Source of the DNA: Paenibacillus turpanensis
GTDB taxonomy: Bacteria; Bacillota; Bacilli; Paenibacillales; YIM-B00363
Assembly (NCBI RefSeq): GCF_011421635.1
Contig: NZ_WTLI01000013.1
Span: 31,006 to 95,005 of the forward strand
DNA: 64,000 nucleotides
Reading direction: 5' to 3'
The position numbers and the translations under genes are program-made. The notes under the pieces were generated by a model. The model was given only the letters and a program-made list of their open reading frames with translations. It ran no database searches and had not been told where the DNA came from. This document shows, piece by piece, positions 19,008 through 28,183 of the stretch; the stretch's first letter is position 1; each line of letters starts with the position of its first letter.

Positions 19008-19451
19008 TCATTTTTTAATAAGATGAAGCAGAGGGAACGGGCGTCCTGAGCCGTCTAGTTCCGATCGTCCCGCTATCACAAAACCTTGCTGTATATAGAA
19101 CGCGTATGCTCCATCGTTTTGCTCATTGACATCAACTTGGAGGTGGCTGCCTTTTAATTTCTCGGCATGTTGTATTAAACGACGGCCAATTCCGTTCTTA
19201 TGGAATGCCGGGTCAATGAAAAGCATCTCGATTTTGGTTCCGTAAAGACCGATAAACCCCGTCGGTTCATTATTTTCGTTATTTGCTACCCAGATCTCAA
19301 CTTCTTTTAGTGCTCCATTTTGTACAATTTGGTGGTAGAACTGAATGTCATCCTTCGATAAAAATGTATGGGTATGACAAACAGCCCGGTACCATATATC
19401 TACCAGTTTATCATGATTACTTTCATGAAAAGGGTCAATTACGATGTGCAT
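19008..19451 (-). CDS. GNAT family N-acetyltransferase
   Basis: RBS GGAGGG before ATG (MHIVIDPF...). Acetyl-CoA motif KNGIGRRLIQHAE. Confidence 0.75.
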   Translation of the reverse strand: MHIVIDPFHESNHDKLVDIWYRAVCHTHTFLSKDDIQFYHQIVQNGALKEVEIWVANNENNEPTGFIGLYGTKIEMLFIDPAFHKNGIGRRLIQHAEKLKGSHLQVDVNEQNDGAYAFYIQQGFVIAGRSELDGSGRPFPLLHLIKK

Positions 19452-19467
19452 GAATAACCCTCCAGAC

Positions 19468-19989
19468 TTAATTCTGCCGCCACTCCGATTCGAGCAGTCC
19501 CATAAAATAAGTATCAAAATATTGCCCGTCTACGTAAGCATGCTGTCTCAGCGTGCCTTCAACAACAAACCCCAGCTTTTTGTATAAAGAGATGGCCTGC
19601 TCATTAAAGCCCCTCGTCGTCAAATAAATCTTATGCAGCCGAAGCCGCTTAAAGCCGATCTCAAGCATCTTCTGCATGACGATCCCGCCGTACCCTTTTC
19701 CCCTTGCTTCCGGAGCCAATAAAATACCGATGCCGGCTCTGCCGTGCTCGTAATCGATATCTTTGAGAAACACCCAGCCGATAAGCTCGTTTTCATTATT
19801 CACCGCAGCTAGTAATAGATCACCGTTCTGCCTTTTCTTCTCTACTTGTTTCACCATCTGCTCGTAGGTTTGTGGAAGTCTTCCTACCGTTGCAAGGGAA
19901 ACAGGATCATTGGTCCAGCGATGCAGGTCCTTCACATCGTCCGATTCAAAGGCACGTAAATGAATCCGCTTTTCATCCATGAACAACAC
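19468..19989 (-). CDS. GNAT family N-acetyltransferase (RimJ/RimL-like)
   Basis: LRAFESDDVKDLHRWTNDP...GRAGIGILLAPEARGKGYG. Confidence 0.8.
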   Translation of the reverse strand: MLFMDEKRIHLRAFESDDVKDLHRWTNDPVSLATVGRLPQTYEQMVKQVEKKRQNGDLLLAAVNNENELIGWVFLKDIDYEHGRAGIGILLAPEARGKGYGGIVMQKMLEIGFKRLRLHKIYLTTRGFNEQAISLYKKLGFVVEGTLRQHAYVDGQYFDTYFMGLLESEWRQN

Positions 19990-20076
19990 TCCTCAATTGT
20001 GCCAAATCGGTTTAATCCATAATCCATAAATATCGTTGTCATCAACCGCACATGAACGATCTGCTGATTGACTGCA

Positions 20077-20535
20077 TCACTCCATTCGTTCTGGGAGAAT
20101 GATCGGCTCATACGCCAAAGCTCGTTCGACGATTTCCTCTGGCTCCAATTCATCCCAATACACAAGGTCTGACACACCCGGCATCGGTACATTTGCTTCC
20201 AGCAGCTGAAGATAAAACGCCGTTTCTCCATGAGGAAGGTCGCCTTGTAGACGGCGCACGATTTCCACAAGCTCCTCTTTCGTTATATCCGAAACGCGCT
20301 GCGGGTCTGGGTTACAGGCCTCTTCGATAAGCCCATCAAGTGAGATCGATCTCCAATAATGCGCAAATATATGGGAATCCCACTGTTTTCCAGTCAACTC
20401 TTGAAACGCAGCAATTTCTTTCTCCGCTGTTTTTCCTTCGTCAAGGAGAGCTTCAATTTCTTCAATATTTGTTTTTACTCTTGCTTTAAATTCTTCATCC
20501 CGCGTTATAGGCAGCAGGCATTCCCGCAATTGCAT
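20077..20535 (-). CDS. Hypothetical cytoplasmic protein
   Basis: 152-aa acidic protein, no family recognised. Confidence 0.5.
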   Translation of the reverse strand: MQLRECLLPITRDEEFKARVKTNIEEIEALLDEGKTAEKEIAAFQELTGKQWDSHIFAHYWRSISLDGLIEEACNPDPQRVSDITKEELVEIVRRLQGDLPHGETAFYLQLLEANVPMPGVSDLVYWDELEPEEIVERALAYEPIILPERME

Positions 20536-20569
20536 CCTTTCACTTCCTTTACTGGTTAAAATGAATGGA

Positions 20570-21466
20570 CTACTCTTCAGATGATGCTCGCTTCAAAGCA
20601 CCTCCGGACAGGGTCACCTCAAAGAAATACGGACGTTCCTCAGGAGTTTTGTTCGGAGCATGAATCGTAACCATCAAACGACCGTCGAAGGTGCGGAAGA
20701 TCATTCCGTGCCCGCCGTCGTCCTGATAAAACGGCTCCGCCTCGTGCACCCAAGGTCCTTTGACGCTGCCCGATTCACTTCGTGCGATCCCAAGAGCGTA
20801 GCGGCCCTCCCGAAAGCTTGCCCACAGCATAAAAAGTTCACCGCTTTCTGTACGCATGAGAAAAGGGCCGTCCGTAACATACACGTCCCCCTCAACCTGT
20901 TGCGGGTGAACCGGAGTCGTCCAAGGAGCTTCCGATGCGCGAAACAACGTAATAGGCTCTTCCATCGTTGAGCGTAGATCCGGCGCCAAACGAACTGCAC
21001 AAATTTCACCATCGATAATTTGCTGCCACTCATGGCAAAACACCATCCACGGCTGACCTTCCTCATCCATATACAGCGTGCCATCCAGCGCGTCCCAGTC
21101 CTGCGGTGTTACCGGACCATCGCTGTAAAGCGTATACGGCCCAAGGATATGATCCGATACAAGCACTGCTGTCCCCAGCCGATTGTTCGTCTTTCTGCGA
21201 AAGGTTGCGAACATATAGTACTTGTCCCCGAAGACATATACCTCCGGCGCCCAAAAATGATTTTCCGCAAAAAACGTTTCATCTGGACGAAATACTGGAA
21301 AAGGCCCCTCCCAAGACTCTAAATCCTTGCTCACATAGGCATCAAATCCGGTGCCTTTGCCCCACACATTTCGATCTGTGCTGCCGAATAAATAGTAGTT
21401 TCCTTCCGCTTCAATCGGCACGACAAACGGATCGCGAATTTGGATGTCCTTCGCTGACAGCTTCAT
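20570..21466 (-). CDS. Glycoside hydrolase family 43 (beta-xylosidase/arabinofuranosidase-like)
   Basis: IRDPFVVPIEAEGNYYLFGST...HFWAPEVYVFGDKYYMF is the typical GH43 five-bladed propeller N-terminus. Confidence 0.85.
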   Translation of the reverse strand: MKLSAKDIQIRDPFVVPIEAEGNYYLFGSTDRNVWGKGTGFDAYVSKDLESWEGPFPVFRPDETFFAENHFWAPEVYVFGDKYYMFATFRRKTNNRLGTAVLVSDHILGPYTLYSDGPVTPQDWDALDGTLYMDEEGQPWMVFCHEWQQIIDGEICAVRLAPDLRSTMEEPITLFRASEAPWTTPVHPQQVEGDVYVTDGPFLMRTESGELFMLWASFREGRYALGIARSESGSVKGPWVHEAEPFYQDDGGHGMIFRTFDGRLMVTIHAPNKTPEERPYFFEVTLSGGALKRASSEE

Positions 21467-22149
21467 AAACTCGTGTCCTCCTCTTTCGGCTGCACCTCTA
21501 CACCGAGTATTGGCAGCAGCTCGCCCATATGCCTGATGCTCGCCGCCGGCTTCACGTTGGCCCTGTTTAATCCGGCTTCGTCTGCACGGTAAGCGATAAA
21601 AGGCACTCCCGCTTCAGCCGCAGCTTTCCCGTCGATCCAAGAATCGCCGACTGCCAGCCACTCGTTCCGGTGTATGTCCGGATATTGGCCCAAGATGGAT
21701 AGAAAGCCGTCCGGATAAGGCTTCAGCCGTCCCATCGTTTCTCGGCCCGCTACACAATCGAAATAAGCAGCGATGCGGTTTTCCTCCAGCGCCTGCATCG
21801 CCGCTGTTACGGAATTATTCGTAACGATGGTAAGTAGAAATCGACCTCTCAATTGCTCCAATAAAGAGGTCACCCCAGGCTCAAGCCGCGCACCCTTCAT
21901 TCCACGCTTTTCATGAGCCACAGCGATATTCCATACCTGCTCTAGCTGCTCCTCACTCATTCGCTTGACTTCCACAGCCGATTCAATAAGGGTGGACGTC
22001 GTCTGACCCTCCAGCCCTACTCCCTCAGGCAGCAGCCTTCTGCTCCTAAGGAAATCGTACGTGTCCTGCTTCATCGCCGCAAAATCAATCGTCGACTTTA
22101 GCAGCGTGTTGTCCATATCAAACATGATGCCTCGAATGGAGTTGCTCAT
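21463..22149 (-). CDS. HAD family hydrolase (HAD-IA)
   Basis: Motif I MFDMDNTLL. 4-nt overlap with the GH43 gene. Confidence 0.8.
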   Translation of the reverse strand: MSNSIRGIMFDMDNTLLKSTIDFAAMKQDTYDFLRSRRLLPEGVGLEGQTTSTLIESAVEVKRMSEEQLEQVWNIAVAHEKRGMKGARLEPGVTSLLEQLRGRFLLTIVTNNSVTAAMQALEENRIAAYFDCVAGRETMGRLKPYPDGFLSILGQYPDIHRNEWLAVGDSWIDGKAAAEAGVPFIAYRADEAGLNRANVKPAASIRHMGELLPILGVEVQPKEEDTSL

Positions 22150-22231
22150 AAAGCCTCCCGTTCTTCCATGTTAATGGAAAATGTGCACAATCAATCAGAT
22201 GGCTGCAAGCAATTTTTTATAAATGTTGGAC

Positions 22232-22693
22232 CTAATTTATCAGCATTTCAAACTCGATCTCGTGCCGAATCGGAATCCCTTCCTCATTCACCAGCGGAAT
22301 GGAAGGCTTGATGATTCGAGCCTCATCCACCGCGAAGCGATGCAGAGCCTTCATATCAAAGCCTCGTTTCTGATAAAAACGGATCGCATGTATATTTTCG
22401 TTCGTTGTAATGAGCCAGACCCTTGCGCAGTTCTCCCCATGGGCTGCCTGCTTTACGAGCTGGATCATCGCACTGCCGATGCCTTGGTTTTCGCGATAGC
22501 TGTCCAAGGATACGATTTCACATTCTCGCTCTGCAATCCGATAAAAAATAAGCCCAACAATTTCTCCATCGATTTCCGCTAAATAGCCCGGCAAATCTTG
22601 AAGGGAATGTCCGATCCCGCGGGATACGACGAGGTTTCCCCGAAGCTTCAAAATCCGCTCCCTGTCTGCCTCCATAATCTCTCGGTAAATCAC
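22232..22693 (-). CDS. GNAT family N-acetyltransferase
   Basis: RENQGIGSAMIQLVKQAA GNAT motif A. Confidence 0.8.
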   Translation of the reverse strand: MIYREIMEADRERILKLRGNLVVSRGIGHSLQDLPGYLAEIDGEIVGLIFYRIAERECEIVSLDSYRENQGIGSAMIQLVKQAAHGENCARVWLITTNENIHAIRFYQKRGFDMKALHRFAVDEARIIKPSIPLVNEEGIPIRHEIEFEMLIN

Positions 22694-22713
22694 CGTTCCT
22701 GCGCTCCTTCCTT

Positions 22714-23145
22714 CTATTCATTCTTCTTTGTCAAAAAGTCCGGCATTCTCCGCATATAACGCTCAGGATCTCTTGAAAACCCATACTGCTCGTACAAGTC
22801 ATGCGCATCGAGCGTTCCTAACACGCCCATAAGATTATTCCACGGCTCCGATGTCGTAATCGTCTCCACCAGACGTTTGCCGATCCCAAATCCACGAAAA
22901 TCCTCGTCGATAAATACATCGCACAGCCAGTACATCGTCGCTCCATCACTCACCAAGCGGGCGAAGCCGATTTGCCTCCCTTGATAATAAACACCATAGC
23001 AATATGAATTTTCGATGGACTTGCGGATCTTGCTTTCCGATCGCTTATTGGCCCAATAGCTGCGTGCCAAAAACCCGCAGATCACATCCAGCTGCAGTAA
23101 GCTTTTATCGTCACTGATCACAATATCCTCAGTATGCATGGCCAT
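22714..23145 (-). CDS. GNAT family N-acetyltransferase
   Basis: RBS GGAGAGG before ATG (MAMHTEDIVI...). FRGFGIGKRLVE motif. Starting here avoids overlap with the next ORF. Confidence 0.7.
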   Translation of the reverse strand: MAMHTEDIVISDDKSLLQLDVICGFLARSYWANKRSESKIRKSIENSYCYGVYYQGRQIGFARLVSDGATMYWLCDVFIDEDFRGFGIGKRLVETITTSEPWNNLMGVLGTLDAHDLYEQYGFSRDPERYMRRMPDFLTKKNE

Positions 23146-23186
23146 TGCCCTCTCCGATTTTTTGTATCCGATCGATGATTTACTCC

Positions 23187-23489
23187 TCAACGCTCCATAC
23201 GGTTCTGTCTCCATCGGGTCCACAGCCAGTAAATGACCCAATACAGGACCATACCACCAGCCAGCCGAGATAAAAACATCCATGGCCCCTCCGGCTTATA
23301 AATCACCCCGAAGCTTACCTTATGCTGCATGTAGTCGACAGACTCGTACGCAGCAGCAATATCCGGCTGATATGTTATCGTTTGAAACATCCCCGCCCCC
23401 ACTTGAATAGCCGTATAAACGACCATCAGCAGGAGCGAAAACATGATGGCCTTCATCCAATGGCCCACCGATCTAAAGCTTTTTTTCAT
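23187..23489 (-). CDS. Small membrane protein (100 aa)
   Basis: RBS AAGGTGGA, MKKSFRSVGHWMKAIMFSLLLMVVYTAIQ..., 2-3 TM. Confidence 0.5.
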   Translation of the reverse strand: MKKSFRSVGHWMKAIMFSLLLMVVYTAIQVGAGMFQTITYQPDIAAAYESVDYMQHKVSFGVIYKPEGPWMFLSRLAGGMVLYWVIYWLWTRWRQNRMER

Positions 23490-24100
23490 TTCAATTCCAC
23501 CTTCATTTTAAAAAGAATAACAAGGTCGTCTTCTTTGATCATATTGGCCACATGCTCGGGATTTTGCATCGAATACGTTCGCAAACTCTCTTGATCTCCG
23601 CGAAAGCCTCCAATGATCTCCTCTTTCCCAGCCTCAAATTGAAGCGGCTGTTCCCCAATCGAGTTCTCCCAGTGGCCGATACCAGGGAAGTAAGGATTGG
23701 GATGAAACTCGGAAAGCGCTGACCGAACCCCCGGCGCATGCAGCGAGAAATACATTTTGTCGTTATTGCCTTGGAATAAAGCGATCCCCATGCTGCCTTC
23801 CACCTTCTCCTTCGTGCTCAATCCGTAAGAAAGCATAACGGGTGACTCCAAATCTATTTTGCTGCCTTTCTGGTATACCTCAGCCCAAATCGTCATCCAG
23901 CTGCGATTTGCTTGTGGTAGTGTTAGGTGATAATGCAAAAGCTCCCCGACAAACATCTGTGTAAAGGACGTAACCAACTCCGAATCTTCATCCTTGGACA
24001 GGATTGCAATTGCGCCCGTCTCATCGCTCTTACTGCAGCCGCTGCCAAAGATGATGAGCAATGCCGCAGCGATCGCAAGAATATAGCCTTTTTGTTTCAT
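23486..24100 (-). CDS. Hypothetical lipoprotein
   Basis: Signal peptide plus lipobox FGSGCSKS. Confidence 0.6.
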   Translation of the reverse strand: MKQKGYILAIAAALLIIFGSGCSKSDETGAIAILSKDEDSELVTSFTQMFVGELLHYHLTLPQANRSWMTIWAEVYQKGSKIDLESPVMLSYGLSTKEKVEGSMGIALFQGNNDKMYFSLHAPGVRSALSEFHPNPYFPGIGHWENSIGEQPLQFEAGKEEIIGGFRGDQESLRTYSMQNPEHVANMIKEDDLVILFKMKVELK

Positions 24101-24110
24101 AGCTTCTCCT

Positions 24111-24470
24111 TCATTCCACTAGATTCCATTCGTCCTTCAGCAGACCGTATACGACATGGTCGAAAAATTGATTCCCTCTCTTTTCCACTTTCCGAAGGAT
24201 GCCTTCCTCCCGGAATCCGAGCCGTAGCGGAATCGCCCTGCTTTTTTCGTTATCCGTGCGTGCGCGAATTTCCATTTTGTTTAAATCCAGAGTATCGAAC
24301 GCATGCCGCAAAAGCTCCTTACAGCATATAGTCACGATCCCTTTTCCCTGGTATTTATTGCTCAGCCAATAGCCGATCGAGCTAAGCCTAGCATCCCAAT
24401 CAATTTCGTGAATGCTGATATTGCCCGCGTGGTCTTTCCTCCTCAAGCGTAATCTGCCACCAATCTGCAT
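24111..24470 (-). pseudogene. N-terminally truncated RimJ/RimL-type GNAT acetyltransferase (about 50 N-terminal residues missing)
   Basis: Begins inside the conserved ...SIHEIDWDARLSSIGYWLSNKYQGKGIVT... region. The upstream gene stop is only 24 nt away. Confidence 0.45.
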
Positions 24471-24494
24471 AGAAGCCCGTTTATCTAGGAATGG

Positions 24495-25241
24495 CTAGAT
24501 TAACATAGCCCTGCCGGTTTCAATCGCATAGGCGTAATCCTCACGGCCATTTGCCCTTGCAGCGGCGCTTGCTCGCTTCCAATCATAAGGAAGCATGACA
24601 TGCTCGAATCCCCATAAGCGCTCTCCGATTTCTGTTGCAATGAGATAAACAGCGTAAGGTGAACCGGACTCCATCACATGAGGATACGGGCATTCATCAT
24701 AATATGCGGGGAGACCGACGCTCCCGGCGTTTACAATCATTTTCCCATTGGGCAAATAAACGCTTCGAAACACATGGCTGTGTCCGCAGACCACATACGA
24801 TTCGGATAAAAGCGCTGTCTCCTCGGTTAATTGATCTGCCTCTTTATACCGGGCACCCTTCTCGCCGACTTCCTCCAGCATGTACTGTTCATTGGAATGC
24901 GGAGTGCCGTGGCAGAACAAGATGTTGTCTATGGAGCATTTCTTACGAAATGAACGGAGCCAATCCTCCACTTCGCGATGGATCCGCGGCTTTACGAACT
25001 GATATGTAGGCGAAGCGTTTTCCCGCTCTAACAAAAGCTGGTCACAATTTCCCATGATATGGATCATGTTTTCATTTTCCATCAAAAGCTTTGCCGTTCC
25101 TAGAGGGTCAATAGGACCAAATAAACTGTCGCCTAAATTGACTATGGTTTGGATGCCCCGATCGGAAATATTCTTCAGCACCGCCTCTAAAGCAAAGCGG
25201 TTGCTATGGATATCAGAAATCACAGCGATTTTTTGCGGCAT
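24495..25241 (-). CDS. Metallophosphoesterase (calcineurin-like phosphoesterase)
   Basis: RBS AGGGAGGG, MPQKIAVISDIHSN...NLGDSLFGP...GHSH motifs. Confidence 0.8.
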   Translation of the reverse strand: MPQKIAVISDIHSNRFALEAVLKNISDRGIQTIVNLGDSLFGPIDPLGTAKLLMENENMIHIMGNCDQLLLERENASPTYQFVKPRIHREVEDWLRSFRKKCSIDNILFCHGTPHSNEQYMLEEVGEKGARYKEADQLTEETALLSESYVVCGHSHVFRSVYLPNGKMIVNAGSVGLPAYYDECPYPHVMESGSPYAVYLIATEIGERLWGFEHVMLPYDWKRASAAARANGREDYAYAIETGRAMLI

Positions 25242-25313
25242 CGGCTCTTTCCCTCCCTTATCTTTAAGATCGTATGGAGCGCCTGATCCGGCAATCTCTA
25301 CCATCACGCAAAA

Positions 25314-25904
25314 TCAAATTCGCAGCTGCTTGAGCTGAGTGAACACACGGTCCGCCTTCTTCTTTAGCGCGCCTCTGGAATCCGGCTGCAGCTCTACTCC
25401 TGCCATTTCCGCAATTTGGGCAACAACCTCGTCGATCGTTAGGTGACTCGTATCAAGATGAAACGCAAAGCAAGGATCGGAAAGCCCGTCCAGGCAGCGG
25501 TCGATTTGCTTGGCCGCCCAGGATTGGGGTCCCTCCCATCTGCTTCGAAGGCGTTTTAGGAGCACTTCCTTCGTTGCCAATAACGAAAAGTGGCAGATGT
25601 TTACACCATCATTTCGCAGTCTGCCGACGATTTCGTCGAAGTACTGCTTGTTGACGATCGTCATCGGAACGATACAGGTACCCTCAAACTGTGTGGCGAT
25701 CGCACTCAGCATCGAATAATTACACTCCCGCCACATGGGAAAATCCTGAAAATCCTTTTTTACGATGCTGCGCGGGAGGTTGCTGCGGATAAAATATCCC
25801 GCATTCTCCGGGTCATAGACGAAGGAACCGGACAGCCGCCGGTGCAGCTCGTAGGCGGTTTGCGTTTTGCCGGCCCCAAATGCGCCGTTAATCCAAATGA
25901 TCAT
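25314..25904 (-). CDS. TmrB-like AAA ATPase (tunicamycin resistance protein family)
   Basis: MIIWINGAFGAGKTQTAYELHRRL P-loop, ~196 aa. Confidence 0.75.
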   Translation of the reverse strand: MIIWINGAFGAGKTQTAYELHRRLSGSFVYDPENAGYFIRSNLPRSIVKKDFQDFPMWRECNYSMLSAIATQFEGTCIVPMTIVNKQYFDEIVGRLRNDGVNICHFSLLATKEVLLKRLRSRWEGPQSWAAKQIDRCLDGLSDPCFAFHLDTSHLTIDEVVAQIAEMAGVELQPDSRGALKKKADRVFTQLKQLRI

Positions 25905-25944
25905 GGTCTCACCTTCGCAATCGATTGTTTCTACCTTTTTACTT

Positions 25945-26700
25945 TTAGCTAGATTTCTTTTCTTGTACGCAGTCGATCAGACCAGCAATTATAAGACCTA
26001 AACTACATCCGCTTATGGAAGACACCACGAGCATACCCAATTGATTTCCGCTCGAAAAGAACGCAAATTTGATAGAAACCGTTACAAAAGTGACGGCAAA
26101 AACGACCGCCCAGTACAAAGATTTCCGCGTGCTGCTATGTGAATGGAGGTGTTCGTTCGGCTGCTTCGATTTAAATAAAAATACGAGTAGAATCAGTGCT
26201 TCTGCTGCAAGTCCCACAATGGATAGGGAGTATTGTAATAGTTTATATCCGGGGAGATCGGGAAGCACTCTTTGCTGCAGGATTGGGAATTGGGTTACAA
26301 AGCCGCCCGATTGATGGGTAAACGCGTCAATCCCAATATGGCTATAAAAGCCAAGCGTTACCGAGGTGAGAAATACCAGTGCTTCACGGAGTCCGCCGAT
26401 TTTCCAAGGTAAGATAAGGGCGTACGCCCTTCGATCAAGACCAAACACGGAGGGCAAGTTTCGGGCAAGCGGCCGTTTGATAAAGTAGTGAAATAAAAAA
26501 GCAAATAATATACTAAGTGGAATTGCCTGCAGGAAAAGCCCCTTCGTCGTATGCCCAATGCTTTGGTATGGCTCCAAGGCAATGAAATATTCAAAATCCG
26601 GCGACATACTGCCGAGAATAATTCCTGTTAAGCTGATCCAGCGGGGAAACAGCCTTTTCACCGGTGCGGCATAGAGCGGATGAGCAAATGTAAACGGCAT
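25945..26700 (-). CDS. DUF4184 family membrane protein
   Basis: MPFTFAHPLYAAPVKRLFPRW...GSMSPDFEYF is the typical DUF4184 N-terminus. Confidence 0.7.
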   Translation of the reverse strand: MPFTFAHPLYAAPVKRLFPRWISLTGIILGSMSPDFEYFIALEPYQSIGHTTKGLFLQAIPLSILFAFLFHYFIKRPLARNLPSVFGLDRRAYALILPWKIGGLREALVFLTSVTLGFYSHIGIDAFTHQSGGFVTQFPILQQRVLPDLPGYKLLQYSLSIVGLAAEALILLVFLFKSKQPNEHLHSHSSTRKSLYWAVVFAVTFVTVSIKFAFFSSGNQLGMLVVSSISGCSLGLIIAGLIDCVQEKKSS

Positions 26701-26857
26701 AAGCTCCTCTCCTTCCTTTTTACAGTCGGATCCAGCAATTATTCATACAGTAGCATGAATCTACTAAAATGGAAATATAAACCTTGCGACTCCGTTTTTT
26801 GGAGAAAAGACAAAAAGGCTGCGCGACAAGTGTGCACGCAGCTTTATGAATTATCAT

Positions 26858-27745
26858 CTATTCAGGTATGTTCACAATGAACGAGACAAGAAAGACTTTT
26901 CCTTCACGCTGGAACTCCGCCCATATCTTATACTTCCCGCTCTTCGGGAAGTTCGCATCGAATTCAAGCTCCGGTCCAGTGCTGGCTTCGTCGTTCGGGT
27001 GGGTATGAATATACGAGGTAGAATCCTCACTCATGATGACAACATGCCCTTTGGACCCGATATAAAATTCAAGATCATGAATCGGCTTCTTCGTTTGCGC
27101 ATCCTCAAAACGGTACGTCAGCTGTACGGTTTCGCCTGCTTTTCGCTTATTAAATGACAATGAGATCTTCTTTCCGTCAACTACCTTCGTCAGCTCTTTA
27201 TCCGGTTGAATCGGCGGAGCCGTAGGGGCCTCTCCCTCGACATGCACCCATTGTTTATTGACGATGGCCGGCTTCCCTTTGCCCATTCCGGTCGGGACAA
27301 AGGTAGAAATCAGCTGGTAATCACCGCCCTTGGGAAAACGTGTCGTAATCATAAATTCGCCGTTTTCCTTCAGATGCGGATGGATATGCTGAAATACGGA
27401 CAAGTCCCGGCTAATGACGATCAGGTGCATTTTATCGACGTGGACGTCCTCGAACTCGGTAATCCTCTTTCCTTCCCCATTGTATGCGACGAGTGTTAGA
27501 TGCTCATCCCGTTTACTTTGCGGAGTACCGTGATCAAACGAAATTTTGAGGCTGACGTCATTTTCATCGTATTGCGTTTGCGAGCTTTTATTCGAAGCTT
27601 CACTGGCCTTGGCCTTCGCCTGCTCTGAAGCACTTTGTTCTTCCCTAGGAACCGGTGCCGCCGCAGGTTTGGAATCCGGTGCAGCCTGACAAGCGGTTAG
27701 CGTAAGCGCGATGCACATAACAACAATAGCCCACGTATTTTTCAA
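26858..27745 (-). CDS. Lipoprotein with two tandem ~110-aa beta-rich domains, each carrying an H-x-H-P motif (putative metal-binding)
   Basis: Lipobox LTACQA. Domain 1 ...FQHIHPHLKENGEF..., domain 2 ...YIHTHPNDEASTGPELEF..., both followed by GxYxLW-like strands. Confidence 0.65.
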   Translation of the reverse strand: MKNTWAIVVMCIALTLTACQAAPDSKPAAAPVPREEQSASEQAKAKASEASNKSSQTQYDENDVSLKISFDHGTPQSKRDEHLTLVAYNGEGKRITEFEDVHVDKMHLIVISRDLSVFQHIHPHLKENGEFMITTRFPKGGDYQLISTFVPTGMGKGKPAIVNKQWVHVEGEAPTAPPIQPDKELTKVVDGKKISLSFNKRKAGETVQLTYRFEDAQTKKPIHDLEFYIGSKGHVVIMSEDSTSYIHTHPNDEASTGPELEFDANFPKSGKYKIWAEFQREGKVFLVSFIVNIPE

Positions 27746-27764
27746 CGATCATCATCCTTTCGTT

Positions 27765-27877
27765 CAGTTACTCTTATTTTTTGAAAATATGCTAAGCAAA
27801 TAGGTTCTTAAAAAGGAGGAAAGTGTAAGGCCGATCGTCAGGTAAATAAACTGTAAAATGATTTGTACCCATTCCAT
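27765..27877 (-). CDS. Putative 36-aa hydrophobic peptide, translationally coupled (TGATG overlap) to the upstream gene
   Basis: MEWVQIILQFIYLTIGLTLSSFLRTYLLSIFSKNKSN. RBS GGAGGA 6 nt upstream. Confidence 0.3.
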
Positions 27878-28164
27878 CAGCTGTCCTCCTTTACCTTGCC
27901 CGACAGCTGCTGCCGCAGAAAATCGGGTACGTTTCTTTCCAAGGCCGAATTCACCCGTGCAAACAAATAGAGGAACACGAGAACAAAGATTAAAAACAAT
28001 CCAATAATCAAAATAGCAAGCACAATTCCAAGCGGCCCACCGGAAAGCGACCCCATGTAAATTGGGGCGTCACGGAAAAAGAGCATCACCAGCAGCTCAA
28101 AAAAGGCGGAAAACGCAAGTCCGATAAAGGAAACTTTAACGGTCTTGAGCCATATTGTTTTCAA
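27877..28164 (-). CDS. Small two-TM membrane protein
   Basis: RBS GAGAGGAGGGG then TTG start (LKTIWLKTVKVSFIGLAFSAFFELLVMLFF...). Confidence 0.5.
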   Translation of the reverse strand: MKTIWLKTVKVSFIGLAFSAFFELLVMLFFRDAPIYMGSLSGGPLGIVLAILIIGLFLIFVLVFLYLFARVNSALERNVPDFLRQQLSGKVKEDS

Positions 28165-28183
28165 ACGATCCCCTCCTCTCATG

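Noticed and set aside
24111-24470. Intact independent GNAT gene
   Set aside because: The ORF begins inside the conserved GNAT core with no room for the N-terminal beta-strands. It is treated as a truncated remnant, not a functional acetyltransferase.
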